The notes: a model not told the origin generated them from the letters alone. A stretch of DNA of 64,000 bases from Hypanus sabinus (GCF_030144855.1 NC_082721.1:23312001-23376000), one strand, 5' to 3'. Positions 48,700 to 62,600 are shown, counted from the first letter of the stretch. A program made the numbers and translations.

Positions 48700-51205
48700 T
48701 TGGTACTTCAGTAAGCGACTTTGTTTTAAGACATTTTAAAAAACCTATCAATACTCAAAATCAACGGAACCCAAACTGCAGACTGAGGTTGAGTGTGCAA
48801 TTTCTCTTTAAGAAAAAGGAAGCAAGGGAAGCGTGCTGGACTGCAAGTAAAATTAATATGCAGAGGTTTTAGACTCCAAATCCTGACTATCCTTCTGGTG
48901 AATGTAGTGTCTGGAAAATAAAACTGAAGACCTCAGAGCAAGATTGATGTACCATGAGGACATCAGGGACTGCCATGTACTTTGCTTCATGGAAACATGG
49001 CTAACACCCACCATTTCGGATGCAGTGCTGGGAATCAATGGTTTCACCATTCACCATAAAGACAGGACTGTTTTTAAAGGTAAAGTGGTGGAGACTGCTT
49101 TTTAACTCATTATTAATTCATCATGGTGCATAGTCGTGGCAGTTCTGTCACAGTTCTGCTCACCTGACCTGGCACTGGAGGAGCTAACCTCCATAATCAA
49201 TAGGCAGGAGACAGCACACCCTGATGTCTTTCCTATCATTAAGAGGGATTACAACCAGGTCAGTATGAAGAAGTCTCTGAACAACTACCAACAATATATC
49301 ACCTGTGGAATCAGAGGACCCACCATCTGGCTGTGCTACTACTCCCACCATGTAGGCCAAGACTAAAATCCACAGCACCAGGGCTGATGACAAAGAAGGC
49401 ATCGTCGAGGGAGGCTGAGGAGCATTTGCAGAACTGCTTTGAGTCAGTGGACTGAATAATATTCAGGGATTCATCTTTAAGTGAGAATAAATATGCCACA
49501 GTTGTCACTGACTTTATCAAAAGCTGTGTGGATGAGTGTGTGCCTTCAAGAACATACCAGACATACCCAAATCAAAAGCCGTGGATGAACCCGGAGATTC
49601 ATAGTCTGCTGAGGGCTACGTCTGTGGCATTCAAGATCAGTGATCTAGAACTATACAAGAAGTCCACGTATAACCTATAGAAGGCTATCTTAAGTGAAAA
49701 AACAATTTCAAATGAGGCAGTGTTAGATGCATGTCAGCTCTGGCAGGTTTGCAGATCAATACTTCATATAAAGTGAAACCTAACATCATGAATGACAGTG
49801 ATGATTCAGTCTCAGCTAAGCTCAATTCCTTTTATGCACACTTTGAAAGAGAGAATAAAGCCTCATCTATACAAATCCCTGCAGCAACCATGACCTTGTG
49901 ATCTCTGTCTCAGAGGCTGACATCAGAACATCTTTCAAGAGGGTGAACTCTTGCAGGGCATCAGGCATAAGGTCCCTGGTAGGGTTCAGAAAACTGTGCC
50001 AATCAACTAGCGGGAGTGTTCAAGGACATATTCAATTTCTCACTGCTGCAGTCAGAAATTCCAAACTGCTTCAAAACGGCGATAGTCATACCAGTATCCA
50101 AGAAGAACAGAGTGAGCTGCCTCAATGACTGTCGCCCAGTGGCACTCACATCTACTGTGATGAAATGCTTTTACAGATTTGTCATGGCGAGAATCAACTT
50201 CTGCCTAAGCAAGAATCTGGACCTGCTCCAATTTCTCTATTGCTACAATAGGGCTACGGCTGATGCAATCTTATTGGCTCTCCACTTGGCTTTAGATCAC
50301 CTGGACAATAGTAAAAGCAGATTTCATCAGGCTGCTGTTAATTGACTACAGTTCGTATTCAGTACAATCATACCTTCAATTTTAATCAAAAAGCTACAAA
50401 ACTTGGGCCTCTGTACTATTCTCTGCAACTGGATCCTTGACTTCCTCATTGGGAGACCGCAGTCTGTGCGGATTGGGAATAACCTCTCCTCCTTGCTGAC
50501 AATCAACATCGGTGTATTTCAAGGATGTGTACTTAGCCACTGCTCTGCTTTACTCTACACTCACAACTGTGTGGCGAGCTCAAACACCATCTCCAAGTTT
50601 GCCAACAACACAACTATTGTTGGCAGAATTTCAGAGTGTGATGAGGAGGCTTACTGGGCTGAGAGAGATTAGCTGGTTCAGTTGTGTTGCAGCAATGATC
50701 TTGAACTCAGCGTCAGTAAAACCGAAGAATTAATTGCAGAATTCAGGAAGGGGAAGTTTTGGGAACATACACCAGTCCTCATCAAGGGTCAGAAGTGGAA
50801 AGGGTGAATAATTTCAAGTTCCTGGTTCTCAACATCTCTGAGGATCTCTCCTGGGCTGACTGTACTGATGCACTTACCAGAAAGGTATGACATTAAGAGT
50901 TTGAGGAAACTTGGTGTGTCACCAAAGTCACTTGCAAATTTCTACAGGTGTACTGTGGAGAGCATTCTAACTGCATCACCATCTGGTACGGAGAAACCAC
51001 TGCACAGAATTGGAAAAAAAGCTGCAGCTTCATCAAGGACACTAGCCTCCCCAGAATTCAGGAAACCTTCAAAAGGTGATGCCTCAAGAAAGAAGGGATC
51101 CAAAATTAGGGACCACCATCACCCAGGACATGTACTGCTGATGCAAATAAGCAAATTTCATGGCATATGCTGGTGATATTAAACCCGATTTCTGATTCTG
51201 ATTCA
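48700..51205 (+). mobile_element. Near-full-length decayed Rex1/Babar LINE (APE plus RT)
   Basis: CFMETWL (APE), [56 protein letters not shown]; TGATTCTGATTC tail at about 51192-51204. Confidence 0.88.
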
Positions 51206-51689
51206 TATTGCAATTGTAAACCAACACTACTCTTTGAATGTAAAACCTTTGTGACCTACTGACGATACTGCAAGAGTCAGGAGAGGCATGGTTAGCAATA
51301 CTCCCAGAAGGTCCTACGTACCTAGTGGGAGGCCAATAGTCATGCTGAAGCTAATGTCAGTAATATCAGAATGATTCTTGAGCAGAATTTCACTACACTG
51401 GCCATTATGTGTGGATGCTAGATTCTCATCTTCCTAAAGAAACCCTCAATTCATAAACAAGCTTTCAGCTCACTGATAACCAGTGATAACATTTAGCCAT
51501 TGTTAATTAATAGTTGGCACTGAATTAATTGTTTTGATTAAGGACCATCGAAATGGCCCAGAAGAGTACAATGCATGAGCTAATTTTTTGAGCTCTATGT
51601 ATCATATATACATATGAAGAATTTTAAGTTAATAATAGCTGATATTGGGGGGGGGAAGGTGTATGGTTTTGGGGAAACTTTGTAGGGAT

Positions 51690-54600
51690 GGTACTGTGGA
51701 CTGCTGACCTTGTAATGTACAGAAACAGGCCCTTTGGTCCATTTCAACCATCAAGTACCTATTTATCCAAATCTTGTTTACCAGTATTATATCTGTAGAT
51801 TACTATGACTCAATGATTCAAGTGCTCATTCAAATGCTTCTTAGACACTATGAGAAAACCAGACTCCATTGTTTTCTTAGGCAATGCTTTCCAGGCTTCA
51901 AACACCTTCTTGGTTTAAAAACTTTTTTCCTCTTCTCCCCTCTGAACCTCTTGTTTGTCACCTTAAATCAATGCTCTCTGTTTTTAGATTTTTCCAAGAT
52001 GGGAAAAAGCTCCTCACTATCCACCAAATCTGTGTAGCTCATAATTTTGAGTACTTTTGCCAGATCCTCCCTCCACCTCCTCTGCTCCAAAGAAAACCTG
52101 GCCTCATTTCCTTGGTAGGCTTTCCTCATAACTTAAAAAAAAGTCATCCAGGCAACTCCTGGTAAATCTTTTCTGCATCATATTCAGTACACCTAGCCAG
52201 TCCTTTCTATAGTGGAGCATCCAGAACAACATACACTATTCCACTTATGGTCTAATCAATGCTTTTAAAGTTATTCCAAGGCTCCTTGGATATGTATTTT
52301 ATGTCCCAGTTAATGAAGACAAACATCCTATGTGCCATCACCACCTCATCTACCTAAGCTGCCATCTTCAAGAATCTTTGGAGTTATACATCAAGATCCT
52401 TCTGTTCCTCATACTCAATACTTATTTATTCTATATGTCCTAAACTAAATAAGTCCCCTCCACCAGAATGCATCTGATACCCCCCTGGTCTCCTTGGCTG
52501 CGTAAGTCTAGGGAAGACAACCTCCAGCCCTGCCAAACTCGTGAGATTGAGGCGCACTCAATCCCACCCCAACCCCAGTTTGTGTGGATGCTGTGGAATT
52601 CGCTACCCTGTTACAAATTAATGCCACAAAATGACGGACAGTACACTGCAATTGATTAAAGGAATGATATTTATGAATCTTAATTCAAGGGTTAATAAAG
52701 AACAACAAAAAGAAAAGTGCCGATTCTGATTAAACAGTCAAATCTGAACAAGTTGGAGTTCATCTTGAACTTCTCTGTCAATCACGCACTGGGCCCTCAG
52801 GCAATGTGAAAGCTCACATCACTTTCCAAATGTCACTCGCAACCCATCTTGAACCAATGGGTCTCTCACCAGATTGTATGCTATGACCGGTTCTCCCCAG
52901 CGTCTTCTCTCTTCATCTCCTCTCACAAAGCTCCTAGCCCCACCTTAGTGTCCCTCACCAAAGAAACCTCCGTTTAATCCTACCATCCTAACCAGATGGC
53001 ACACATTTCTTCTCTCTCTTATCTTCAACAATAATGCAAACAAGCTTGAAAACAGAATAGACTGCTCTTACAGAGCTACCAAAATGAAATACATACAGCA
53101 TAACAGTAAAAATATGAACCAGGGAATTACACTTTCCTCCCACCAAAATAATCATGTCCTCATGATTTTGAAATAATTTTGTCATCTTGCCATTAAAAAC
53201 ACCGTTTTCAAAGGAATTTCGTGATGTCAGAACCTCCAATCGATTTGTAAATGGTAGTGACATATCTCACCAGGGGGATAGTCGCAAACCTCTGTTACCT
53301 TGGTGCTACATAGGCCAGCTTATCTGGGGGTCTCCTGATTCTTTGAGACCTCCATATCTCATCATCTATGTCTTCAGTTTCATACATTCTTTGGGATACT
53401 TCTGGTCTACATGGTGAGGCCTCCCCATGTCTCTTACTCGTGCCTTCTGGCAACCCAGGTCCCTCTGCCACTTGGCTGAGCTCAGCTTCATTCCCAGTTA
53501 CTTTAGAGCCCAGCCCCCTTCATGGTCCAGCTGCAAGCCTGCCTGTCCACAGGTAGCCCCCAATTTCATCTGCCTTAGCGTGAGAAGGGTTGGGAATCTC
53601 TTCCTAATTTAGTGGTGAGTTAGCAAAAAGCAGCATATACCACACCCCCATTTCCTCATCCTCCAAATCCGTATCTCATTCAGGAGCGCGGCTGGTCTAA
53701 TCTTTCCTGCTGCTGATCCTAAAGTTTCTTCATGTTGCCACAGAGTCCTCTTACAAGGTGTAGGGTCCAGGTCGGGCTCTGGGTCAACAAGCACCTCTTG
53801 TCCCAGAGGCAGAAGGTGATTCTGATAAAGAACTTGACAGGCCCATTCCCATCCTTGGGTTTCACCCAGAAAACCTGGTATATTTGGCATCTAACTTTCC
53901 ACTTCATAGGGCATAGCCGTCCAGCAGTCAGCCAACTTGTGCTTTCCCAGTAGCCTCAAATTCTTTATGAGGACCCGGTCTCCAGGCAGGAGTTGGGAGA
54001 ACCTAACTTTCTGATCATACCTCCTCTTATTTCTTTGATTCTGTTTGGCAGCAAAGTTTCAGCCATTTTCAGCTCCCTTCTCACATCAGACACATATGTA
54101 ACATTTAAGTCTTCTCTTTATCAGCTTCACTCATAGGTATCTGGTAATAGCCACTTCTCAAGTCCAGCACCCTGAACCACGTTGCATCATTCAGGCAGGC
54201 TAGTGCATCCTTGATTCTCGGAACTGTATGTCTGTTCAGAATCTGATAAGTCTACACACATCCGTACCTTCCCATTCTTTTTCCTGGCCACTACTATTGG
54301 AGACGTATAAGGGCTTCTGGACTCAGTGATGATCTCAGTTTCCTTCAACTTCCGCAGATGCTGCTGAACGTCCTCCACCTCTGCAGACGCCAGTCACCCG
54401 CAACCTTTCTGTCACCTGGATGGTGTGGCGGGTGCTCTTGGAACAACCCACATCAAACTCACCAGCAGAAGAGACATCTTCCAGCTTCAGCATTTACTCT
54501 ATCAACCTCTTCTTCCAACCTCCAGGTACCGGGAGGCCCCGAAGCTGAATGACTCTGCAGTCATCTTTCATCTTTTTGGAGAGAATTTCTCCCCGGCTTG

Positions 54601-56580
54601 TCTCACAGGGACTCTAGACATTACCATCACCAGGAAGAGGTGCACCATTGGCGTCCCCCTCCTGAGGGTGACCTCCCGCTCCAAAGTGTTCCTGACACTC
54701 ACTATTATCTTGTTCACCTGTACAACCAAGGGCTTCTGCAGTTTGGGCCCCTGCAGGTAAACATGACTCCTTTCGTGGTTTTCTGGAGCATCCACCAAGA
54801 GGGCTTCGGCCTTAGGCATTCCTGGAAATTTGGGGTTTCCAGTCACTCTCGCTACTTCCCCAGGCCGTAACGTGATTGACTTTGACTGAGTGAACCAGAC
54901 AGGCCCTTGTTTATGCTCATCATCCTGCCCAGTGCGACTACGCATTTCCTCAAAAGCAGCTCAGAACACAGGGTGAATGGGCATTGTTTTCAGAAAGCTC
55001 TCTCCAACTTGCTCCTTGTAGGCTCCTACTAGCCTCCTCTCACAAGAGGAGTATTCATCCCCACAAAAATTGAAGATTTGTCCTTCTCAACTGGGTCCAG
55101 ACAAAAGATCATTAATGTAACAAGGACCTCAGCTACTCCCACATCCACCTCCAAAAACTTCAGCTTCAATGACAAGTAACCATTGTACGGATAATAATCC
55201 GTACTAAGACCCCAGATCTCCAGCACAATGACAATTGCGCTAAATACTGGTTGTAAAATGAACGGTACAGCAGAGTAACCTGAGAGCTGGTGTCAAGTAT
55301 GGCTCTAGCATAACTACCCTCAATCCATAGCGATACACTGGAGCTTGGCACTACTAAGCCTTCAGGAATAGGGTGTTCCTGGATATATTGCTGGGAATGT
55401 GTTCCCTCCGAAATGCCAGGCTGTTCCCTCACTGGGTCTCTCTGCTTAGATACCCAGGGGCTCACTCTCTGGGGGGTTTCCCATTGATCACACTCCCTCT
55501 TTACTGTCTTGGACTTTGGACTGTCCCTCTTTACCGTAGTTATAACAGACAATACTGGCCGCTAGCAGCCCTCTGCATAATTCATCTCCTTAGGGGGTCC
55601 ACCTCCCTATCAGCTCTATCATACTGGGGGGCCACACTTGCTGATAACAACTGGGACATCTCAGTCCTAAACTCTGCCACGAGGTCCTTCACCACTCCCT
55701 GGGGTAGGTTTTCAGTGGTCACCTCAGCCAAGGGGACCACTACCGAGGAATGTACCCTGCAGACGGAGGCCTCCCATGCCTCCATTGTATTTTCCTCCTC
55801 GCTTACTTCTTTGATCAGCTCAACAAACGGAGGGGAGGAGGTCGCATCTTATGAGATATTCGGAGACCCCAAGCAATCAGGTCCAGCGAATGGGCGCCGT
55901 TCACCACCTTGTCCATTCTTAATGTATTCACCTCAGCCGTTTGAATGTCCCCTCAATGACGCAAGCAATTTAGCTGCCTCTCTAGCCAAAAAATGTACGT
56001 AGAAAACTTCTTCTGAAACAAGTTCTGAAACCCCATCAGAAGCTCCGATTGGCTTCCCATCACGCCAAACTCCTTTTCTAGTGCTTGCATGTAGGCCACA
56101 GAGAAAGCAAAGGGGTTCTCTGTCTTTATGGATCTCACTACGTCCCCAGCCAGCCCCTTCAAACTTTTAACCAATTGCTGTCTTTTTTTCATCATCAGTG
56201 CACTGCCACTCATCCAGCAACTGAGAGGTCTGCTCTGCCCAAGTCTCATACACATCATTCACACTTACCAGGATTAAATTACATTTCCATTGCTGCGCCC
56301 AACTTTCCAGTTGATCAGTATCATTTTCATAACAAAGACTACCTTTCCTATCATCAGTGACATGCTAATTTTCAAGTCATTTGCAAACTTTCCATTTGTA
56401 CCACCTTCATTCTTATCTAAGTCATATATAAAACAAACAGCAAGGCTCCGTACACCAATACCGTGGTACACCATTGACCGTAGTCTTCCAATCACTGAAG
56501 TAACCCTCCATCTCATGTTACATGTCACCTTTGGATCCAATTTGCCATGGGCTCTAACTTTGTGGATCATCTTCCATTTG
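51690..56580 (-). mobile_element. CR1 3' fragment split by a Gypsy insertion (CR1 parts ~51690-52474 and 56253-56580)
   Basis: The CR1 RT sequence ..CCAGAATGCATC | ATTCACACTTACCAGGATTAAATT.. is continuous across the insertion. Confidence 0.7.
52475..56252 (-). mobile_element. Gypsy LTR retrotransposon with PNMA-like gag, protease, partial RT and integrase C-terminus; a single (3') LTR at 52475-53131
   Basis: gag YETWAEQT...LVKSLKGLA.DVV...YMQALE..FG; protease AILDTSSQVT; [23 protein letters not shown]; integrase tail VKPKDG.G.V...NHLLPL; PPT GGTGGGAGGAAAG next to the LTR. Confidence 0.88.
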
Positions 56581-56584
56581 GGTG

Positions 56585-56960
56585 CTTGTCACAAGGGTGA
56601 TCATGTTGGATGTGTACACAATGGAGTTTAGAAAACTGAGAGGTAATTTTATTGAAAGGTTTAAGGTTTGTAGGCTGGACAGGATAATTTCTGTGAGAAT
56701 GTTTCCCCACATGAGAGAGTCTAGCATCAAAGAGAATAGTCTCAAAAACAAGGGTCATCCATTTTAAGACTGAGTTGAGGAAGAAACGCTTCTTTTCATA
56801 AGGCCATCTTTGGGATTCCTTTCTCCGGAAAACTGTGGAGTCTGCACAAATGGGAAAAGAATATCGTTTTAAGGAAGGTTAGCCCAGTGATGATCATTGT
56901 AAGAGGTGGAGGAAGGCTTAAGGAACAGAATAGCTTATGCTTGTTTCTTTTTTATGGCCT
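56585..56960 (+). mobile_element. CR1 3' end (old)
   Basis: MEFRKLRGNFIE.FK...MFP.MRES...SLK.KGHPF. Confidence 0.7.
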
Positions 56961-57229
56961 TGTTCTAGGAACGCAGTGATATCTCACCTGATACTTAATG
57001 GTGAGATGTCACAAAGGACTGAGAGCCTTTGTTCTAGTATGCTGTTAATTATTTCCATTTCAACTAGACACTTCCCTTTTCCTCCCCGTATTTCCCCTAT
57101 TTTTAATTCTGTGATGTAGGAACATTGTTTGGAAAACAGACATGATAAAGAGGGGAACTCATCAGTTAGATCAAGCTATAAATCTGCCTAGAACCAGCTG
57201 CGTGGCAGGAATCTAGTTACAAAACTTAA

Positions 57230-57910
57230 GCTGGATGCCATTTCAACTCCTCTTCCCATTCTCACACCAACCTGTCCTTCCTCAGCTTTCTCCACTGCTA
57301 GGGTAACACAGCGGAGGAACTAGAATAACAACACTTCATATTCTACCTGAGTAGTCTATAACCCAATTATCTGGATGTCGTATTTTCCAATTTCTAGTAA
57401 CCCTTACCTTTTGTGATTATTTTTCCCTCACCCTTTTCAAACCACCTATGTCCCACCCATTTTAGAACTCTCCCATATTCCCCTCCAGCCCCGATCATAC
57501 ACTTTCATTGCTCCCTTCTCCACCTGCCCTTCATCTTTACCCTAATGGCTCCCATTGTCATATTCCTTGCTCATCAGTTTACAGTTCTGACAGCCTTTGT
57601 GTCTCCCTTCCCTCCTCCACCTGGCTCCATATGCCTTTTTTTCCTTTATCTGCATTCACCCATCAAAGATCTGCATGTCTGTCTCACCTGGCTCCATTTG
57701 CTTGTTGTATTTCATTTCCCCTCTGCCTACTTATCACCTAATGGACCCTGACTCATCCCATCCCACCCCCTCTTGTCTTCATACTGGCTGTTTTCCCTCT
57801 CCACTGCCAAGTCTCAATGCAGCCCCTCAACCAAAAATATTGACAGTTCCTTTCCCCACAAATGCTGCTCAACCTGCTGAGGTCCTCCCAGCAATTAGTT
57901 TTATGCTGAG
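57230..57910 (+). mobile_element. Old Penelope GIY-YIG C-terminus and pLTR
   Basis: HFNSSSHSH / LE.QHFIFYL.SL.P remnant homologous to 6493-6660, pyrimidine-rich UTR and ATGCTGCTCAACCTGCTGAG. Confidence 0.65.
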
Positions 57911-58519
57911 TTCCACTTTGTTCCTAAATGGTAAGTACAGTTTTTAGCTACAAAGCTTATAGAAATCAACATTTTTTGCATATTTGTTTTGTGCAAGAGC
58001 ACAAAAAAATTCATTTGACTCTCAACCTAAACAGCAGTAGCCTTTCTCTGTATTACAGGCATTAGTTTTTAGAAAAGTCATAAAAATGTTTACATTTATC
58101 TTTCTAGGTTTTCCAAGGAAGTAACATCTATGAAAGTTATAATGATAGTTTAATTTTCAGGAATTAAATTATAAATTAAATTGCATTGAAGAATGGGAAC
58201 CTTAACAAAGATACTGAAGAGCAAATTTTATTTCAGGTTAATGCTTCTTCACAGAAGATTCCATCAAACTGTTATTGAAGGATACAACATAGGCACTTGC
58301 TTTTCATTTGAATGCTTACTTTTTAATGACTTTACTGGAGATACATTTCAAATCTGGCACCATGATAGCAATGGATGTGGACCCTGGACCTGCAGAACAA
58401 CAACCTCTTCAACAAAGTGGTTCTTGAAGCTCTCTGGAGAAATGATTAACTATTACCTTAAATGTGTTTATCAGCAAGACTGTTCCAAAGCGTTAACTAT
58501 CCAAACATAGACACTGAAA

Positions 58520-58631
58520 ATGATTAAGGGCTTTGTGTTCCTGTTTCATAATCTGCTGTTTACATTTCTACTACTTACTCAAGCCTCTTACACACTGGAT
58601 TGTACACCAAGAAAAACTGTGAATTATGAAG
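58520..58631 (+). CDS. SEMA4E: Semaphorin-4 (SEMA4E-like), first coding exon: signal peptide (MIKGFVFLFHNLLFTFLLLTQASYTLDCTPRKTVNYE)
   Basis: Hydrophobic signal peptide followed by the PR.TV motif that starts the Sema domain; G|GTAAG donor, phase 1. Confidence 0.8.
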
Positions 58632-58849
58632 GTAAGAACAGTTTATTGTCTAAGAAATTATACTTAATTCTTCCAAATCCTCTTCACCCAAACACTAATG
58701 GTACTTTGTAGTTATGTGAATTGATCTGTTTTTTATCATTTCCCATGATCTGGATGAGAATTTAAGACAACAAACATATGTCAATGTGGGAGTGGGATGT
58801 TGAATTAAAGTGTCAGGCAACCAGAAACTCAAGGTCATTTCTGTGGGCT

Positions 58850-59345
58850 GAGCATAATTTTGCAAAGCATTCATCCTCCTATTATGTTGAGGCCCAAAGC
58901 AAGCATGGGAGACAATACTTTATCTGGTCACATTGCAGCCTTTGGACTCAATGTTAAATTCTCCAACTTCAGATAAATTCACCCTTTCTTTCAGTCTGTA
59001 TCAAAATTAGCCATTGGTGTGAGTTATGCATTTTGATTTTCAAATTAGCTTCTCTTTCTCTCCATACGTACATCCTGGCCTACTAGGGATGTCCCATAGC
59101 TCTTCTCTTAGCAATACATAGCACAGACAAAAAAGCATTATCTGCTTCTAACTGCTGCAATAACCTGTTTTGGTCTCATCCCTTCCTCGTTTATCTGAAA
59201 TGAAAACTAACTTGTTTTTGCTCTTTCTCAGTTCTGACAAAGACCCTTAGATGTGAAACATTAATGCTTTCCCCTTTCCATAGATGTTGGCTGACCTGCT
59301 GATTGTATTTTCTGTTTCTATCTCAAATTTCAAATATCTGTGATT
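58850..59345 (+). mobile_element. Old Penelope 3' end in the semaphorin intron
   Basis: GCAGCCTTTGGACTCAATGTTAAATTCTCCAACTTCAG (LQP.GLN.KFSNFR) and pLTR CATAGATGTTGGCTGACCTGCTGA. Confidence 0.6.
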
Positions 59346-59921
59346 TTTAAAAGTCATAAACTTCAATATCTGCTTTAATTCCCTAAATATGTGTATATCT
59401 CTCCTATATCGGATATACTTCAGTTTTGTCATCCACCGTCAAACAAGTTCACACACTGCTTGTTCATGAAATTATAGTTAGTTCATGCAATACTTATGTA
59501 CTTCTACTTTGAAATCTAACAAAATATCTGGGTACAGAATAACAGAGAAGCAAATACATTTCATATACATAGAAATGTTCTAGAAGAATAATCTTGTAGA
59601 CAGCAGAAACTAGTAGTTAATCAAACACCCAATAGATCATTTATGAGAAGCATAATTATTTTAGAAAATGCCCACTGTTCTGATACTTAAAATGTAGAAA
59701 GCAAATAATTTGCAGTTAATGACAGCATGAATATTCACATGGTAGTGTAACTTTATTATCCTTCAAGCAATCTTAATTATGAACATAATTACTTTAGATT
59801 GCACATAATCTGTGTATTGGCAGGTATACAGATTATATCTGATTGCATATCTAACTTAAGAATGTCCCCAATATTATCATTTAATATTTTTGGCAAAGAT
59901 ATATGTTTTTACCTTTTGTAG

Positions 59922-60067
59922 ATGCAAACTTGAAAACATTTGCTGAACAAGGAATCTCCAATTATTCAACACTGCTGTTGAGTGAAGAACATGGCCTCCT
60001 GTTAGTAGGAGCTAGAGATGCCATTTTTGCCCTCAACATTGAAAACGTTTCAGACTGTATTTCACAA
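59922..60067 (+). CDS. SEMA4E: Semaphorin-4 (SEMA4E-like), coding exon 2 (DANLKTFAEQGISNYSTLLLSEEHGLLLVGARDAIFALNIENVSDCISQ)
   Basis: TTGTAG acceptor and GTAAGG donor; NYS.LLL...L.VGAR.AIFAL is the class-4 Sema blade-1 motif; phases 1/0 fit. Confidence 0.88.
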
Positions 60068-61884
60068 GTAAGGATATCAAGAAAAATCTTTTGTGGTTCA
60101 CACCTGTTGGTTTGAGTACCAAAATGGTAAAACTACAGAATCAGTGCTTGTCGAACTGGGTATGATGCAAAGTTAATTATTTCTGGTGATTCTTATAATT
60201 ATTCCCTTTTATCGCTGTTTGCGTCTTAAATTTCTCTGTGCTTCTTGCTCATAAGGATAAGTGGAATTCCTGCTCGTAAGAACTTTGAGGGCATCACCTT
60301 GTTTGCCTGTAAAATTATCGTGCAACTGAACCATATGGACCTTTAGTTCCTTGTGTTCAGTCATTTTAACTGGGAATCTGGAGGTATTGGAGAGGAAAAT
60401 AACCTAGTACCCACTACTCTTCCTGAAAGTCAATGCATAAGTGCCAGTGAAGGATAAGCTATGAGAATACTCATGGCTGAAAAGTTTATTGATAAACTTC
60501 GAATTAATAAAAAGGGAGTTGAGAGTGAGAATGAAGGATATTTGAGGCCCATAGAATTAATGTGAACTTCCAAGGATTTGTGAAGGCACTCTTTTTTAAA
60601 AATTCAGTACCATGAATGGCTGGTTTTTATAAGTTCATTTGAAAGCATAGTTGCTCATTTTGGGACGGCATTTGCAGAATTATTGCTCTTTTACATTTTA
60701 GGTTATGATGGTAAACATGGTAGTACTGTACAGAATTGTTGTGCCAGAAGGGCCTGTTCCATGCTGTATCTATGAATAAAATATATTTTTTAAAATGTGC
60801 TGAAATATCTGAAGGACTAAGAATGATTGATGTTTCAGAGATAACTTAATTCAAACATACTAACACCAAATTTTTAGTGTTTAGTCTTATACTTCGAGAT
60901 AGTATAAAGATTATTACTTCCTCATGTTGTGAGATGGATGTAAGAAATAAAATTCTAATTCTAATTTTAGTTCTGCTCTATACCAAAATAACACCTGCTT
61001 CATCTTATATTCTTAGTTTATTCAATGACTTCTTGACCCAAATAAAACTTAGTCCAGTCCAATAAAAAAGGCTTATATTGAAACTCACTGCCTGTTTATC
61101 ATATCTTTTATTATAAAAGTATTCTCTAGTGTTATTTAAGTGAAAGGAAAAAGGCAAATTTCAAAGAAATTAATAATTTAATTTTAATCATTTGATTTAA
61201 GAATAGTGCACATTTTCCTATGAACTCAGGTTTAGTGTTTAACAAAAATTTTATTGATGTTCACTAAGTGTAGCTGTGATGTGAATAGGAGATGTAATGA
61301 AAGAAAGTGCCTTAGTATTATGAAACATAGCAACAATATATTTGGGTAGGAGAGACATCTGTTTACAACCCTGCTCAAATGAAGTGTCCTGCTGCTAACA
61401 GGATAATTGACCTTGGACACTAACTCTTTAAAATAGTTTTGTTTATGATTTGTGCAGTGGTGAAAAGTGTAGGAACGGGGATGTAGTGGAAGAATTTAAA
61501 TCTGTGTGTTGTGAAGTGTAGCCATTGTGGAAGAATAAATACACCCATTGACTGTTTTAATTTATAATAAATATTTAAAGTGAATAACAATACAACTTCC
61601 AAAATTTTACTACACGATTATATTCCAGACATCATGTACCATGGGATTAGCATGCGTTTGTACAGCTGGCTAGGACGAGTCTTTCCGACAGAGGGCAGGA
61701 AGTTGCTGTTGTGTTATGTCTTTGTTTTGGAAACTCTTTTTTGACTTTGGCAGAGTTTCTGTACCCAAGGTCAAGGAGTTACTTTTAACTGTAATTTCAT
61801 GTTGGGAACTGAGATTTAACTAATGGGGACCAAGTAATTTCTTTCAGATTTAATTTAGTAGAAGGAACCTTACTTTTATGGAAA

Positions 61885-61909
61885 AGAGAGAGAGAGAGAG
61901 AGAGAGAGA
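61885..61909. repeat. (GA)n microsatellite
   Basis: About 12 AG units. Confidence 0.9.
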
Positions 61910-61979
61910 CAAGTTATTGTTATAATAATGTGCTACGGCTAATTATTTTAAATGCTTTGGTTATATTTGAAACTGCTAA

Positions 61980-62600
61980 AGCAATATTTTCATGAAAACT
62001 ATTTTGATACAGTTGTCAAAATTAATGTAAATTAGGAAAGAGCAGAGACTTCAAAGAAGAGCAGATAAAATTTAGGAGCGAGAAAACTGATAGGTAAGGA
62101 TAATAAACGTGGATGGGTACATCGGCCTGGGATATTACAGTATAGTTATTGAGGAAAGTGGGTAGGGGAGTTACATTTTTGGTTAGTGAGAATATGACAG
62201 TAGTAGCACTTGAAGAGGATATGCATGGATATTTATCCAATGATGCCATATGAGTAGAACTTAGAAGTAAAAGGGGGGTAATCAATTTGTTGATATTGTA
62301 CTATAGACCCCCCCCCCCCAATATGTGGATTATGTGGACTTTCTGGTGTAGTCTGTTTTGACATGTACTTTTGTGATATCATTCTGGAGGAACATTGTCT
62401 CATTTTTTAACTGCATTGCATTTGTGGTTTCTAAATGACAATAAACTGAATCTGAATAGTCAGTAGGAATTAGAGAAGCAAATATGTAAGGAGAATATGT
62501 ACAAATAATAGAACTTTAAGAATAGGTAGATAATTCTAACTTCTCTAATATTACCTGAGACAGCCATAGTGCTAAGGGATTGGATGGAGTAGGGTTTGCT
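61980..62600 (+). mobile_element. CR1 AP-endonuclease fragment with an inserted LINE tail (~62320-62458)
   Basis: GRGVTFLV.ENMT, VELRSKRG, YYRPP, ELEKQICKEN remnants; TGAATCTGAAT tail. Confidence 0.65.

Noticed and set aside
55373-56002. 209-aa plus-strand ORF
   Set aside because: Antisense to the Gypsy gag region and has no motifs.
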